Source: Endomicrobiales bacterium (GTDB lineage Bacteria; Elusimicrobiota; Endomicrobiia; Endomicrobiales; JAFGGC01). Taken from it: 64,000 nt of DNA. The notes under the pieces were generated by a model. The model worked only from the letters and a program-made list of their open reading frames with translations, ran no database searches and was not told the origin of the DNA. Below, piece by piece: positions 18,821 to 26,881 of the stretch. A program made the position numbers and the translations under genes. The DNA is taken from contig JAFGGC010000012.1 of NCBI GenBank assembly GCA_016930715.1, positions 8,454-72,453 of the forward strand. Reading direction: 5' to 3'. Within the stretch, counting starts at the first letter, position 1. Every line of letters begins with the position of its first letter.

Positions 18821-18878
18821 GGGTCACCACTTCCGAGCGTTTACAGAGTAAACCAGCAAGTGGGTGACCCTTTTTTTT
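18821..18878 (+). terminator. Rho-independent terminator
   Basis: GGGTCACCACTT…AAGTGGGTGACCC stem (18821-18870) followed by T8 (18871-18878), between convergent genes. Confidence 0.7.
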
Positions 18879-18904
18879 GGGCCACCCACATAAACATCAG
18901 CCTT

Positions 18905-19849
18905 TCAATCGGGCTGGGTCTCGTCGGAAAACACGAATTCCTTCGCCTTTTCGCCCAGGTACCGCACGACCTCTTCGCCGAATAGTATCAGGCCGAGACC
19001 GGACAATATCACCGGTATCCCCAGCGCCATGTACCTTGCCGGGCTCTCCCCGCCTATAAAAAGCCCTATTACCACGGCTATGACGGGGTTGACGAGGGAA
19101 TTGGTCGATACCCTGATGGCCGGTTCGTGCTTTATCAGGTAGTTGTAAGCCCCGAAAGCGACTGAGCCCATGACACCCAGATAGGCAACGGCAGACACCG
19201 ACCTCGCGGAAAAAGACCCGAACGACGCGAACGCATCGGGTTCCATTATCACGGAAAGAACCATTGTTATAAAACCCCCGAACAACATCTGAAGGCTTGT
19301 CAATGCAAAGCTGTCGCCCGACGTCTTCATGCTGTGACCCACGCTCGTCCCGAAACTCCAGGAAAGAAGCCCGGCGAACATCATCAGAACGTACGTGTCG
19401 ACGCTCGTGGCAACCGACCTTCCGTCGTAAAGAAGCAGGGCAACGCCCGTTATCCCGAGCGCGATCCCCGATATCTTAATACCCGATATCTTTTTCCTGA
19501 AAAGCGTCAGGTCCCAGATCGCCACGACGGCCGGCGCGGCGGCACACGTGAGCGCCGCGACGTAGCTGTCCACGCTTTTCATCGCCGCGGTAAAAAGCAC
19601 GCTCGGCGCGACTATGAGAAAAACGCTCATCTTCAGCGCGGCAATAACGTCGTCCCTGCCGGGCAGGGCCCTCATCCGGCCGCTTAACACGCCGTAACAG
19701 GCGAATATCGCTCCGCCCAGCAGCCACCTGGCGGCCACCACGAATGCCGGCGGGATGGTCTCGACCGACACCTTGCAGAAATAGAAGGTCGTCCCCCATA
19801 TGGCATATATCAGAAAATAGCTCACTACTATTGAAATGCTTGCGTTCAT
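18905..19849 (-). CDS. EamA/DMT superfamily transporter
   Basis: 314 aa, 10 predicted TM helices, two EamA-like halves. Confidence 0.85.
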   Translation of the reverse strand: MNASISIVVSYFLIYAIWGTTFYFCKVSVETIPPAFVVAARWLLGGAIFACYGVLSGRMRALPGRDDVIAALKMSVFLIVAPSVLFTAAMKSVDSYVAALTCAAAPAVVAIWDLTLFRKKISGIKISGIALGITGVALLLYDGRSVATSVDTYVLMMFAGLLSWSFGTSVGHSMKTSGDSFALTSLQMLFGGFITMVLSVIMEPDAFASFGSFSARSVSAVAYLGVMGSVAFGAYNYLIKHEPAIRVSTNSLVNPVIAVVIGLFIGGESPARYMALGIPVILSGLGLILFGEEVVRYLGEKAKEFVFSDETQPD

Positions 19850-20002
19850 AAATATCCCCTTTCATTTCGGCCCGCAGGGGCCTAAAACCTCCCTTTCCAG
19901 GCCACATACCTTGTCCTCGGCTTTGGCACATACAGCGGTTTCCTCCTTTTGCGCCAAGGCCTCCCGGGAAAGCATAACCCAGACAAGATTCCCATTGTTT
20001 TT

Positions 20003-20203
20003 TCATAGATTTTCAGAAGGAAGATATAGTAGTTGATATTCATCTTCGTCTCCTTTCCTTGATTTGACTATCATTGCCTCACCGGTATCGAACATCTGCA
20101 CCACCGCATCGTTCGGACAGACCAGCCACCAGTCCATGATCTTGCAGCCCTTCTTGATGTAAACCCTGCACTTTTCCCTGTTCTTTGAGTTGTAATCGTC
20201 CAT
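20003..20203 (-). CDS. Hypothetical 66-aa protein
   Basis: ATG at 20203 is preceded by AAGGAGG. Product is MDDYNSKNREKCRVYIKKGCKIMDWWLVCPNDAVV…. No family recognised. The ORF-track TTG start at 20224 would lie inside the terminator T-tract. Confidence 0.55.
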   Translation of the reverse strand: MDDYNSKNREKCRVYIKKGCKIMDWWLVCPNDAVVQMFDTGEAMIVKSRKGDEDEYQLLYLPSENL

Positions 20204-20411
20204 TGTATCCTCCTTTTGCCGCAAAATAAAAAAACCACCATCTCGCTTTCAAGATTGGTGGTTCTAATTGTTGATTTGACTGCTTTTAAGCCCTGCTACC
20301 GGTGTTTCAACGCATTAAAACGCACCTCTCCCATACTGCCCATTTCTGGTGACGAATGGGCATGCATGCAAGAGAAAGCATCGTTTTAAACATTGAAACG
20401 TTTTCCATGAT
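20204..20411 (-). promoter_or_regulatory. Structured 5' leader (candidate riboswitch/attenuator), class not recognised
   Basis: Lies between the predicted TSS (~20411) and the SD of the 66-aa ORF. Contains the hairpin GCCCATT/AATGGGC (20338-20361) and ends in a terminator 15 nt before the SD. Confidence 0.5.
20226..20264 (-). terminator. Intrinsic terminator inside the 5' leader (attenuator)
   Basis: Minus strand reads GAACCACCAATCT-tgaaagcg-AGATGGTGGTT, about 12 bp with one bulge, followed by TTTTTTTATTTT. Confidence 0.7.
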
Positions 20412-20417
20412 GTTACA

Positions 20418-20446
20418 ATTATAGAATATTCCCGTCGAAAAGTCAA
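20418..20446 (-). promoter_or_regulatory. Consensus sigma70 promoter driving the leader
   Basis: Minus strand: TTGACT (complement 20446-20441), 17-nt spacer, TATAAT (complement 20423-20418). Confidence 0.65.
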
Positions 20447-20453
20447 GCGGGTT

Positions 20454-21014
20454 TTATTTTTTCTCTATCTCCATGACGAAATATATCTTTTTCGCCGGCA
20501 TGTCGTAAAGTTCGTAGCACATTCCGTACGCATACCCTTTTGCCTCGGCATGCTTCGACAGAACGGGGTAGCACTTCATCGGGCCGATGAAATACGAAAG
20601 CATGTTTTTTATCGGAAACTCCACGACCGCGCTTTCGCTCCGGGGTATGACCTTGACGTTGTATTTGGAACCGAGTTTTTTAAGCTTGGCCAGGTCAGCC
20701 TCTTCGACCACGCTTCCGCAATCGCTCCTTAGCTTGTCGGCCGGAACATCCGCCGGGTTGTCGTAATATATCCCGAGCCCCCTGGTCGTTTCGATCCCGT
20801 CGGCCTTGAGCGCCACATAAACCTTCTCGAACACCTTCCCGGTGTCCTTATAGGGGCCGGTAAAGGATTCGTAGACTATGGTGTACGGGCCCATGCCTCT
20901 CTCGTCCACTCCGGGGGCTGAAAACATGCCCATATACCCTAAAAAAACAACAACCAGCACAACCGCGGCAGCCGCAAGAATGCCAATGATTTTTAACCAT
21001 TTCATCGTTTTCAT
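20454..21014 (-). CDS. Membrane-anchored GyrI-like/effector-binding domain protein
   Basis: MKTMKWLKIIGILAAAAVVLVV… TM anchor followed by a GyrI-like fold pattern. GGAGGT sits just upstream, so Met at 21005 may be the real start. The longer ORF-track N-terminus is antisense tRNA translation. Confidence 0.65.
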   Translation of the reverse strand: MKTMKWLKIIGILAAAAVVLVVVFLGYMGMFSAPGVDERGMGPYTIVYESFTGPYKDTGKVFEKVYVALKADGIETTRGLGIYYDNPADVPADKLRSDCGSVVEEADLAKLKKLGSKYNVKVIPRSESAVVEFPIKNMLSYFIGPMKCYPVLSKHAEAKGYAYGMCYELYDMPAKKIYFVMEIEKK

Positions 21015-21101
21015 ACCTCCGGATTCCAGGGATTTGCAGGCGCTCCATTTCGGGCGCCGGCGAGCCGCCATTTTATCAAAAAAATGCCCGACTAACAAGA
21101 T

Positions 21102-21131
21102 ATTGAATTGCCTTCTGTTTTTAGCTATAAT
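21102..21131 (+). promoter_or_regulatory. Sigma70 promoter of tRNA-Thr
   Basis: TTGAAT (21102-21107), 17 nt, TATAAT (21126-21131), 17 nt before the mature tRNA 5' end. Confidence 0.6.
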
Positions 21132-21148
21132 TGAGAAGCTTCGACAGC

Positions 21149-21220
21149 GCCGACGTAGCTCAGTGGTAGAGCAGCGGTTTTGTAAACCGCGGGTCGTAGG
21201 TTCAAATCCTATCGTCGGCT
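21149..21220 (+). tRNA. tRNA-Thr (anticodon UGU)
   Basis: Hand-folded cloverleaf. Acceptor GCCGACG/CGTCGGC, D arm GCTC-AGTGGTA-GAGC, anticodon arm GCGGT-TTTGTAA-ACCGC, variable GGGTC, T arm GTAGG-TTCAAAT-CCTAT, discriminator T. CCA is not encoded. Confidence 0.9.
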
Positions 21221-21252
21221 CGGGTCTGTCTTTTCTGAAACCATATAAAAAT

Positions 21253-22857
21253 ATGATACAAAAAATCCGCGTGGGCCTGCCTGTCAAAATACTCCTGTCC
21301 GTATCAATACTTATAATCCTGACATCCCTTTCGCTTACCTGGTTTTTCATCAAGAACCAGATTGTCCAGGTGCGCGCCGCGCTTGAAGACCGCTGCAGCA
21401 TGATGGCGAGGAACCTCGCCTATAACAGCGAATTCGGCGTCCTGACGACGAACAAGAATTTTTTGAAAAAACTCAACGAGATCGTCACCAAGGAACAGGA
21501 CATCCTATACAGCCTTGTCTACGACAAGAACGGCAGGATAATGGCGCTGGCCGAGATAACGCAAGCCAGGAACCTCTACAGGGAGATAGAGCCCTACTTG
21601 AGCTACAAATTCCCTCAGATAAGGAACGCCCCTTCCTCGTCCCCCGCGCAGAAAATGAACGATATACTGAAATTCTCGTATATTTCCAAATCGGGAGAAA
21701 GCATCCACGACGTGATATCGCCCATAACCATACGCAGGATCGTTAAAGAGGACGACGTGGCTTTCATGGGAGCCCTTGATCAATCCGAAGGCACGGAAGA
21801 AATAATCGGCTTTGCCAGGGTCGGCATATCGCTGGAGAGGATGAACCGGCAGATAAAGGACATCACGAAGGGCGTCATACTTCTAACGGTGCTGGTCGTG
21901 GTCGTGGGCATCCTCCTTTCCTTCATACTTGTGAGGATCATCATCAAGCCCATTAAACAGCTGGCGCTCGGAACCCAGAAGATAGCCAGCGGCGACCTGA
22001 ACTACTACGTGGACGTCGAATCAAACGACGAGATAGGCGAACTCGCCGAAAAATTCAACCTGATGGCCTCGGACCTCAGGCGCTACATACGGGAGCTCAA
22101 CAAGGAAAAAGAGGACCTATTCCGCACCAAGCACGTCCTTGAACAGAGGACGAAAGAGCTCGAAGAATCCCTCATCAAGATAAAGAACATACAGCAGGAG
22201 CTCATACGCTCCGAAAAATTTGCCACTGTCGGCCGCCTCGCCTCGTCCATAGCTCACGAGCTCAGGAACCCGCTGGCAAGCCTCAAGAACATATCATACT
22301 ACCTCACGCGCTTTGCCTCCCAGCAGATGGATGAAAAAGCCAAAAAGATGGTGGAAATGCTCGCGACCGATATCACCCGCTCGAACAAGATAGTGACCGA
22401 CCTCCTTGACTTTGCCCACATCCGCAAGCTGAACCGCATGGCCGTCGAGATCGATGATTTCATTAACAAGTTCCTCGAAAACGTCAACCTCGACAACAAC
22501 ATCAAGCTCGTCAAGCACCTTGAAAAGGTCAAGGTGGTGCTTGATCCCGACAGGCTGAACCAGATCCTCATAAACCTTACGGCCAACGCGCTCGACGCAA
22601 TGCCCGACGGCGGCACGCTGACCCTAACCGCCAAAAGAGCCGACAGGAACCTGATTATCGAAATAAGCGACACCGGGCGCGGCATGGACGAGGAAACAAT
22701 AGAACACATCTTTGACCCGTTATTCTCCACCAAAACGAAGGGCCTGGGCCTGAGCCTTGCCATCGTAAAGGAAATAATCGACACCCACAACGGAACGATC
22801 GAAGTAACGAGCAAGAAAGAAAAAGGCACGACTTTTGAGATAACATTACCTTTATGA
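21253..22857 (+). CDS. Sensor histidine kinase (TM / periplasmic sensor / TM / HAMP / HisKA / HATPase_c)
   Basis: Start MIQKIRVGLPVK. HAMP region is …IIKPIKQLALGTQKIASGDLNY…, H-box is SSIAHELRNPL, and N/G1/G2 boxes include DTGRGM. The ORF-track start at 20878 runs through the tRNA and is an artefact. Confidence 0.9.
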   Translation: MIQKIRVGLPVKILLSVSILIILTSLSLTWFFIKNQIVQVRAALEDRCSMMARNLAYNSEFGVLTTNKNFLKKLNEIVTKEQDILYSLVYDKNGRIMALAEITQARNLYREIEPYLSYKFPQIRNAPSSSPAQKMNDILKFSYISKSGESIHDVISPITIRRIVKEDDVAFMGALDQSEGTEEIIGFARVGISLERMNRQIKDITKGVILLTVLVVVVGILLSFILVRIIIKPIKQLALGTQKIASGDLNYYVDVESNDEIGELAEKFNLMASDLRRYIRELNKEKEDLFRTKHVLEQRTKELEESLIKIKNIQQELIRSEKFATVGRLASSIAHELRNPLASLKNISYYLTRFASQQMDEKAKKMVEMLATDITRSNKIVTDLLDFAHIRKLNRMAVEIDDFINKFLENVNLDNNIKLVKHLEKVKVVLDPDRLNQILINLTANALDAMPDGGTLTLTAKRADRNLIIEISDTGRGMDEETIEHIFDPLFSTKTKGLGLSLAIVKEIIDTHNGTIEVTSKKEKGTTFEITLPL

Positions 22858-22918
22858 TCTTACGCCCGCCACTGACTCTTTGGCTGGTTCCCCGATAAAT
22901 CGGGGCGGAGGAGGCAAA

Positions 22919-24025
22919 ATGGAAGAAACCAAAAAAATGAAGGTTCTGATCGCCGACGACGAAGACGGCCTCAGGATGTCCATGGCCGGCATCATCGAGA
23001 TGGAAGGTCACGACGTAGTGACGGCCGAGAACGGCCTTAAAGCGATAGAAGAAGTCAAGAAACAGTCTTTTGACATAGCGTTCCTTGACATAAAGATGCC
23101 GGGCATAAACGGCGTCGACACGTTCAGGGAAATAAAAAAATACAGCCCGGAAACGGTCGTTATAATGATGACGGCCTTCGCGGTGAAGGACCTCATCAAG
23201 GACGCCATCAAGGAAGGTGCCTATGCCTGCATCTCGAAACCTTTCGATATGGACAAGATTATGGAGACAATCAAGGAGGTTTCCAGGAAACCTTTCGCTA
23301 TGGTGGTCGACGACGACCCTGCCCTCTGCAGCACGCTTAACGAAAAATTAAAAGAAGAAGGCCTTAACGTGTTCACCAAGTGCTCGGGAATGGAAGGCCT
23401 CGAAGCCCTGTCCCGCAAGATACCCGACATAATGTTCATCGACCTCGGAAAAAACAGGAACGGCCTCGAAACGTACAAAAAGCTTAAAGAAATGTTCGGC
23501 GACAAGGCTCCCAAGGTCGTTATGATGAACTCAACCCCGCCCGAATCGACAGCGCAGGAGTTAAAACAGCTCGGCGTTTCTGAATACATCAAAAAACCCC
23601 TCAACGCGGAAGAACTGAAGAACGCGCTCCAGAGCCTGCTCACGCACCAGAAAAAGGGAAAAATACTGGTGGTCGACGACGACAAGAACCTCGCCCTGCT
23701 CTTGAAAGACGTGCTCGCGACGAGCGGATATGACGTTGATACCGCTCATTCCGGCGAAGAAGTTCTTAAAAAAATGCAGGGCGACGCCTTTGGGATAGCG
23801 ATCCTCGACATCCGCCTGCCGGACATAAACGGCCTGGAGGTCTATGAGAAAATCAAGCAGATAAACAAGGATATGGGGGTGATATTCATAAGCGGTTTTT
23901 CACAGGACGAACACATCGACGAAGTCATACGGAAAAACAAGTACATATACCTTCACAAACCGTTCGAACCCGAAAACCTCATCAAACTCATAGAACAGAT
24001 CCAGGCGTCAAAATCGGGAAAATAG
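22919..24025 (+). CDS. Response regulator made of three tandem receiver (REC) domains, no output domain
   Basis: Three REC units. Each has an acidic pair (DDE/DDD/DDD), a phospho-acceptor Asp (FLDIKMP, FIDLGKN, ILDIRLP) and a conserved Lys (SKPF, KKPL, HKPF). Start at 22919 follows GGAGGAGG. Confidence 0.85.
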   Translation: MEETKKMKVLIADDEDGLRMSMAGIIEMEGHDVVTAENGLKAIEEVKKQSFDIAFLDIKMPGINGVDTFREIKKYSPETVVIMMTAFAVKDLIKDAIKEGAYACISKPFDMDKIMETIKEVSRKPFAMVVDDDPALCSTLNEKLKEEGLNVFTKCSGMEGLEALSRKIPDIMFIDLGKNRNGLETYKKLKEMFGDKAPKVVMMNSTPPESTAQELKQLGVSEYIKKPLNAEELKNALQSLLTHQKKGKILVVDDDKNLALLLKDVLATSGYDVDTAHSGEEVLKKMQGDAFGIAILDIRLPDINGLEVYEKIKQINKDMGVIFISGFSQDEHIDEVIRKNKYIYLHKPFEPENLIKLIEQIQASKSGK

Positions 24026-24034
24026 AGGTGCTTT

Positions 24035-24778
24035 ATGAGCTCAGGTAACGACACCGGCAAAACAGAAAACAACGACATCCCCATCGAAGCCCCCAGTTTC
24101 ACGCCAGAGCAGCAGGAATTCGTCAATAACGAAAAGCTTCTGACCCTGAGCAAATTCTCGTCCGTGGTGTCACACGAGCTTAAAAACCCGCTTGCCAGCC
24201 TCAAGAACATCGGGTATTTCCTCGCGAAAACCGTTAAAACCGAGGACCAGAAAATCAAGAGGATGCTGGAGCTCCTCGGGGGAGAGGTCGACCGCATGGA
24301 CAAGATGATAAACAGCCTTTCGGACATTTCGCACGTGCGCAGGGTAAACAAGGACAAGGTAAGCGTTTCCGAGGTTCTCGAAAAGATATCGTCGGAATTC
24401 AAGCCCGGCGAAAACATAAGCTTTCGCAAGGACCTTGAGGCCGGGATAGAGAGCACGGCCGATTCCGAGAAGATCTCGCTCCTCGTTCATCATCTCCTGA
24501 AAAACGCCAGAGAAGCGATAGACGAAAAAGGCGAAATAGTTTTAAGCCTTCAAAAAACCGGCGGCAGCTTCGTCATCACGGTATCGGACACCGGGTCCGG
24601 AATGGACTCGAAAACGCTGAACCAGGCGTTTTTCCCAATGTTCACCACAAGGACCAAAACCCTCGGGATGGGCCTGACCATCTCTAAAGAGATAGTGCTG
24701 ATACACAAGGGCTCCATCGAGGCCAAAAGCGAAAAAGGCAAAGGCAGCACCTTCACCGTCACAATGCCGATCATCTGA
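24035..24778 (+). CDS. Soluble histidine kinase (HisKA + HATPase_c only)
   Basis: H-box SSVVSHELKNPL, N box LLKNAREA, G1 DTGSGM, G2 GMGLTISK. No TM or sensor domain. Confidence 0.9.
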   Translation: MSSGNDTGKTENNDIPIEAPSFTPEQQEFVNNEKLLTLSKFSSVVSHELKNPLASLKNIGYFLAKTVKTEDQKIKRMLELLGGEVDRMDKMINSLSDISHVRRVNKDKVSVSEVLEKISSEFKPGENISFRKDLEAGIESTADSEKISLLVHHLLKNAREAIDEKGEIVLSLQKTGGSFVITVSDTGSGMDSKTLNQAFFPMFTTRTKTLGMGLTISKEIVLIHKGSIEAKSEKGKGSTFTVTMPII

Positions 24779-24904
24779 CGCGGCCCCGCCCGGGCATTCC
24801 CCGCCTTCTCGACCAATGTGGCTTTAAGACCCGCAGGGTTTTCGTCCCGCTGAAAGCGGGACTACTTGTCCGCCAATGCATCAGTGGCTGGACTCTAACG
24901 AGGC

Positions 24905-25279
24905 CTACTTCGATTTGTTGATGAATTTTTCGATCTTCTGGAAGAGGTACTTGTTGTCGTAGGGTTTGGCAACGTACCAGTCGGCTTTTTTCTGAAGGGC
25001 AAGTTCGACGTCGTCGCCGGTGTCCTTGGCGGTAACCATTATGACCGGTATGGATGAGAGCGCCGGGCTGCTTTTTATGAGCTCGCAAACCTCGTAGCCG
25101 TTCATCTCGGGCATCATGACGTCAAGGATCACGAGGTCCGGTTTTTCATCCACCGCCTTCCGGAAGGCATCCCTGCCGTTCGTAGCGGAAATCACGGTGT
25201 ACCCTTTGTCCTCAAGTATTATACGCAGGATATATACCGCGTTCTCGTCATCGTCAGCTACCAGTATCTTGCCCGGCAT
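24905..25279 (-). CDS. Single-domain response regulator (CheY-like)
   Basis: 124 aa. ILVADDDEN…ILDVMMPEMNG…MVTAK…AKPY. Confidence 0.9.
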   Translation of the reverse strand: MPGKILVADDDENAVYILRIILEDKGYTVISATNGRDAFRKAVDEKPDLVILDVMMPEMNGYEVCELIKSSPALSSIPVIMVTAKDTGDDVELALQKKADWYVAKPYDNKYLFQKIEKFINKSK

Positions 25280-25387
25280 AGCGCCACTCTCCTGAATGAA
25301 TTCTTCCGCTTTCCAGCCCTTGATGCCAACGCGACTATTATACCAAATTTGGGCTCTCGCACGTATCGCGGATTAATTATCAGTGCT

Positions 25388-25876
25388 TTAAAATATCTTC
25401 AGTATTCCCATCGTCATCAGCGTGACTATTGTCGCCGAGACCAGCACGCCGGCCACTATGGCCGGGAACGCGTGCCTGAACCTGATCCCCAGAAGATAGG
25501 CCGCGACGCAGCCTGACCACGCCCCCGTTATGGGAAGAGGTATCCCCACGAACAGTATCAAGCCGAGGACTTCGTATCTTTCCACGAGCTTGCTCTGCCG
25601 GCGGGTCCTCTCAAACCACCAGGTAAAAAACCTGCGCCCCAGGGGGTGTTTCATCAAAAGCTTCGAAACGTAATCGAGAAATAAAAGCAGCGGCACGACG
25701 GGAACGAGGTTTCCGGCAACCGAAAGGGCGACAGCCTTAGGCACGCTGAAACCGAACGTGAGCAGGGCCACGGGAATGGCGCCCCTCAATTCGGACACGG
25801 GCGCCGAACCCAGTATCAAAACAACGAGCTCTGGAGAAAAAATCTGCTTTAGCGACTCAATTAGCTGATGTGTCAC
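25388..25876 (-). CDS. Small membrane protein, small-multidrug-export-like (COG2426-type)
   Basis: 162 aa, 4 TM helices, …APVSELRGAIP… motif. GTG start. Family assignment is from memory of the motif only. Confidence 0.55.
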   Translation of the reverse strand: MTHQLIESLKQIFSPELVVLILGSAPVSELRGAIPVALLTFGFSVPKAVALSVAGNLVPVVPLLLFLDYVSKLLMKHPLGRRFFTWWFERTRRQSKLVERYEVLGLILFVGIPLPITGAWSGCVAAYLLGIRFRHAFPAIVAGVLVSATIVTLMTMGILKIF

Positions 25877-25891
25877 GGAAAACCCGCCTCT

Positions 25892-26698
25892 CTAACGCAA
25901 AATCAAATAATATACAAGCAGCACACCGCCGAAAGCTATCCTGTAATAGGCAAAAGGCTTGAAGCTGTTTTGTGAAACGAACCTTATCAGCCATTTCACC
26001 ACCCAGATGGCCGATATGAAAGCGGACGCGAAACCGACGGCAAGCACGACCCCGTCGGAAATCTCAAGCATCCCGCGGCTTTTGTAAAGATCGTAGACCG
26101 TCGCGGCGAACATAGTCGGTATCGCGAGAAAAAACGAGAATTCGGTAGCCGTTTTCCTCGTCATTCCCGCCAGCATTCCTCCCATTATCGTGGCCCCGGA
26201 CCTTGACACCCCGGGGAACAGCGATAATATCTGGGCCATGCCGACCCACAGGGCCGCGCGTATTCCGACGGAATCCGTATCGGCGTACGCGCCACGGTGC
26301 TTCATGTTCTCGATAATGATTATCGCGACGCCTCCGGCCACGAGCGCGAACGCCACAGTCAACGGGTTGAAAAGATACCGCTTTATCGCTCCGTGTATGA
26401 AAAAACCTATAATAGCGGCCGGCAAAAACGCGACGGCGATGTTTGCCGCGAAAGCCCTTGCGGCGGCGTCGTTGGCGCATTTGACCGTTACGTCAAGTAT
26501 CTTTTGCCTGTATATCCATACTACCGCGAGGATAGCCCCGAGCTGAATAAAAACCTCAAAGAGCTTCGCTTTCTCTCCGGTAAAAGATACCAGCGCGCCG
26601 GCGAGTATCAGATGGCCCGTCGAGGACACCGGTATGAACTCGGTCAAACCCTCAACGACCCCCATCGCAACCGATTTTACAAGCAGTACCGCGTCCAC
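25892..26698 (-). CDS. uppP: Undecaprenyl-diphosphate phosphatase
   Basis: VEGLTEFIPVSSTGHL and PGVSRSGATI motifs. 8 TM helices. Confidence 0.95.
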   Translation of the reverse strand: MDAVLLVKSVAMGVVEGLTEFIPVSSTGHLILAGALVSFTGEKAKLFEVFIQLGAILAVVWIYRQKILDVTVKCANDAAARAFAANIAVAFLPAAIIGFFIHGAIKRYLFNPLTVAFALVAGGVAIIIIENMKHRGAYADTDSVGIRAALWVGMAQILSLFPGVSRSGATIMGGMLAGMTRKTATEFSFFLAIPTMFAATVYDLYKSRGMLEISDGVVLAVGFASAFISAIWVVKWLIRFVSQNSFKPFAYYRIAFGGVLLVYYLILR

Positions 26699-26807
26699 TA
26701 TTTCCGCCTTCTAACGGCGAATCAGCCCGTTCAGTAAGAAAAAATATGTTATATTTTATTACAAGACGCCTGTTTTGTCAATGAAAATCATGCCCGCAAC
26801 GATTCTT

Positions 26808-26836
26808 TTGACACGCATTGTGTTTTAAAGTATAAT
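26808..26836 (+). promoter_or_regulatory. Perfect consensus sigma70 promoter of PBP1A gene
   Basis: TTGACA (26808-26813), 17 nt, TATAAT (26831-26836). Confidence 0.65.
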
Positions 26837-26881
26837 AAAAGTCCTATCGCCGGCATAGACGTCCGCCGGCCGGGTTTATTT

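Noticed and set aside
18786-18878. Promoter-like TTGCAT-16-TATAGT directly followed by a 50-nt hairpin plus T8, which could be a tiny independent sRNA.
   Set aside because: The hairpin and T-tract are fully explained as the terminator of the Zn-ribbon gene ending at 18739. The putative transcript would be little more than the terminator itself. The promoter match is plausible but not compelling without TSS data.
19476-20006. 176-aa minus-strand ORF overlapping the EamA gene start and the upstream spacer.
   Set aside because: The sequence is Arg/Gly-rich and low-complexity, typical of an off-frame shadow of the EamA coding region. It has no SD and no recognisable domain.
20204-20411. Tried to assign the leader to SRP RNA, 6S RNA or a known riboswitch class.
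   Set aside because: There is no SRP domain-IV motif (GGAA tetraloop with flanking AGCA/GCA). There is no end-to-end 6S-like rod. No match was found to the remembered consensus of the c-di-GMP, glycine, THF, guanidine, fluoride or ZTP classes. It is left as unclassified in the findings rather than given a name.
20878-21252. Long N-terminal extension of the histidine-kinase ORF (track start 20878), and the matching extension of the minus-strand ORF up to 21401.
   Set aside because: Both extensions read through the tRNA-Thr gene and its promoter. The peptide …IGFEPTTRGLQNRCSTTELRRR… is a typical antisense-tRNA translation. Sensible starts with SD or TM features exist at 21253 (plus strand) and 21014/21005 (minus strand).
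24844-24862. Hairpin GTCCCGC-tgaaa-GCGGGAC resembling a CRISPR repeat or REP stem, between the convergent kinase and REC genes.
   Set aside because: It is a single copy. There is no spacer-repeat periodicity anywhere in the window, no cas genes and no U-tract on either strand. Most simply it is a stabilising stem-loop between convergent genes.
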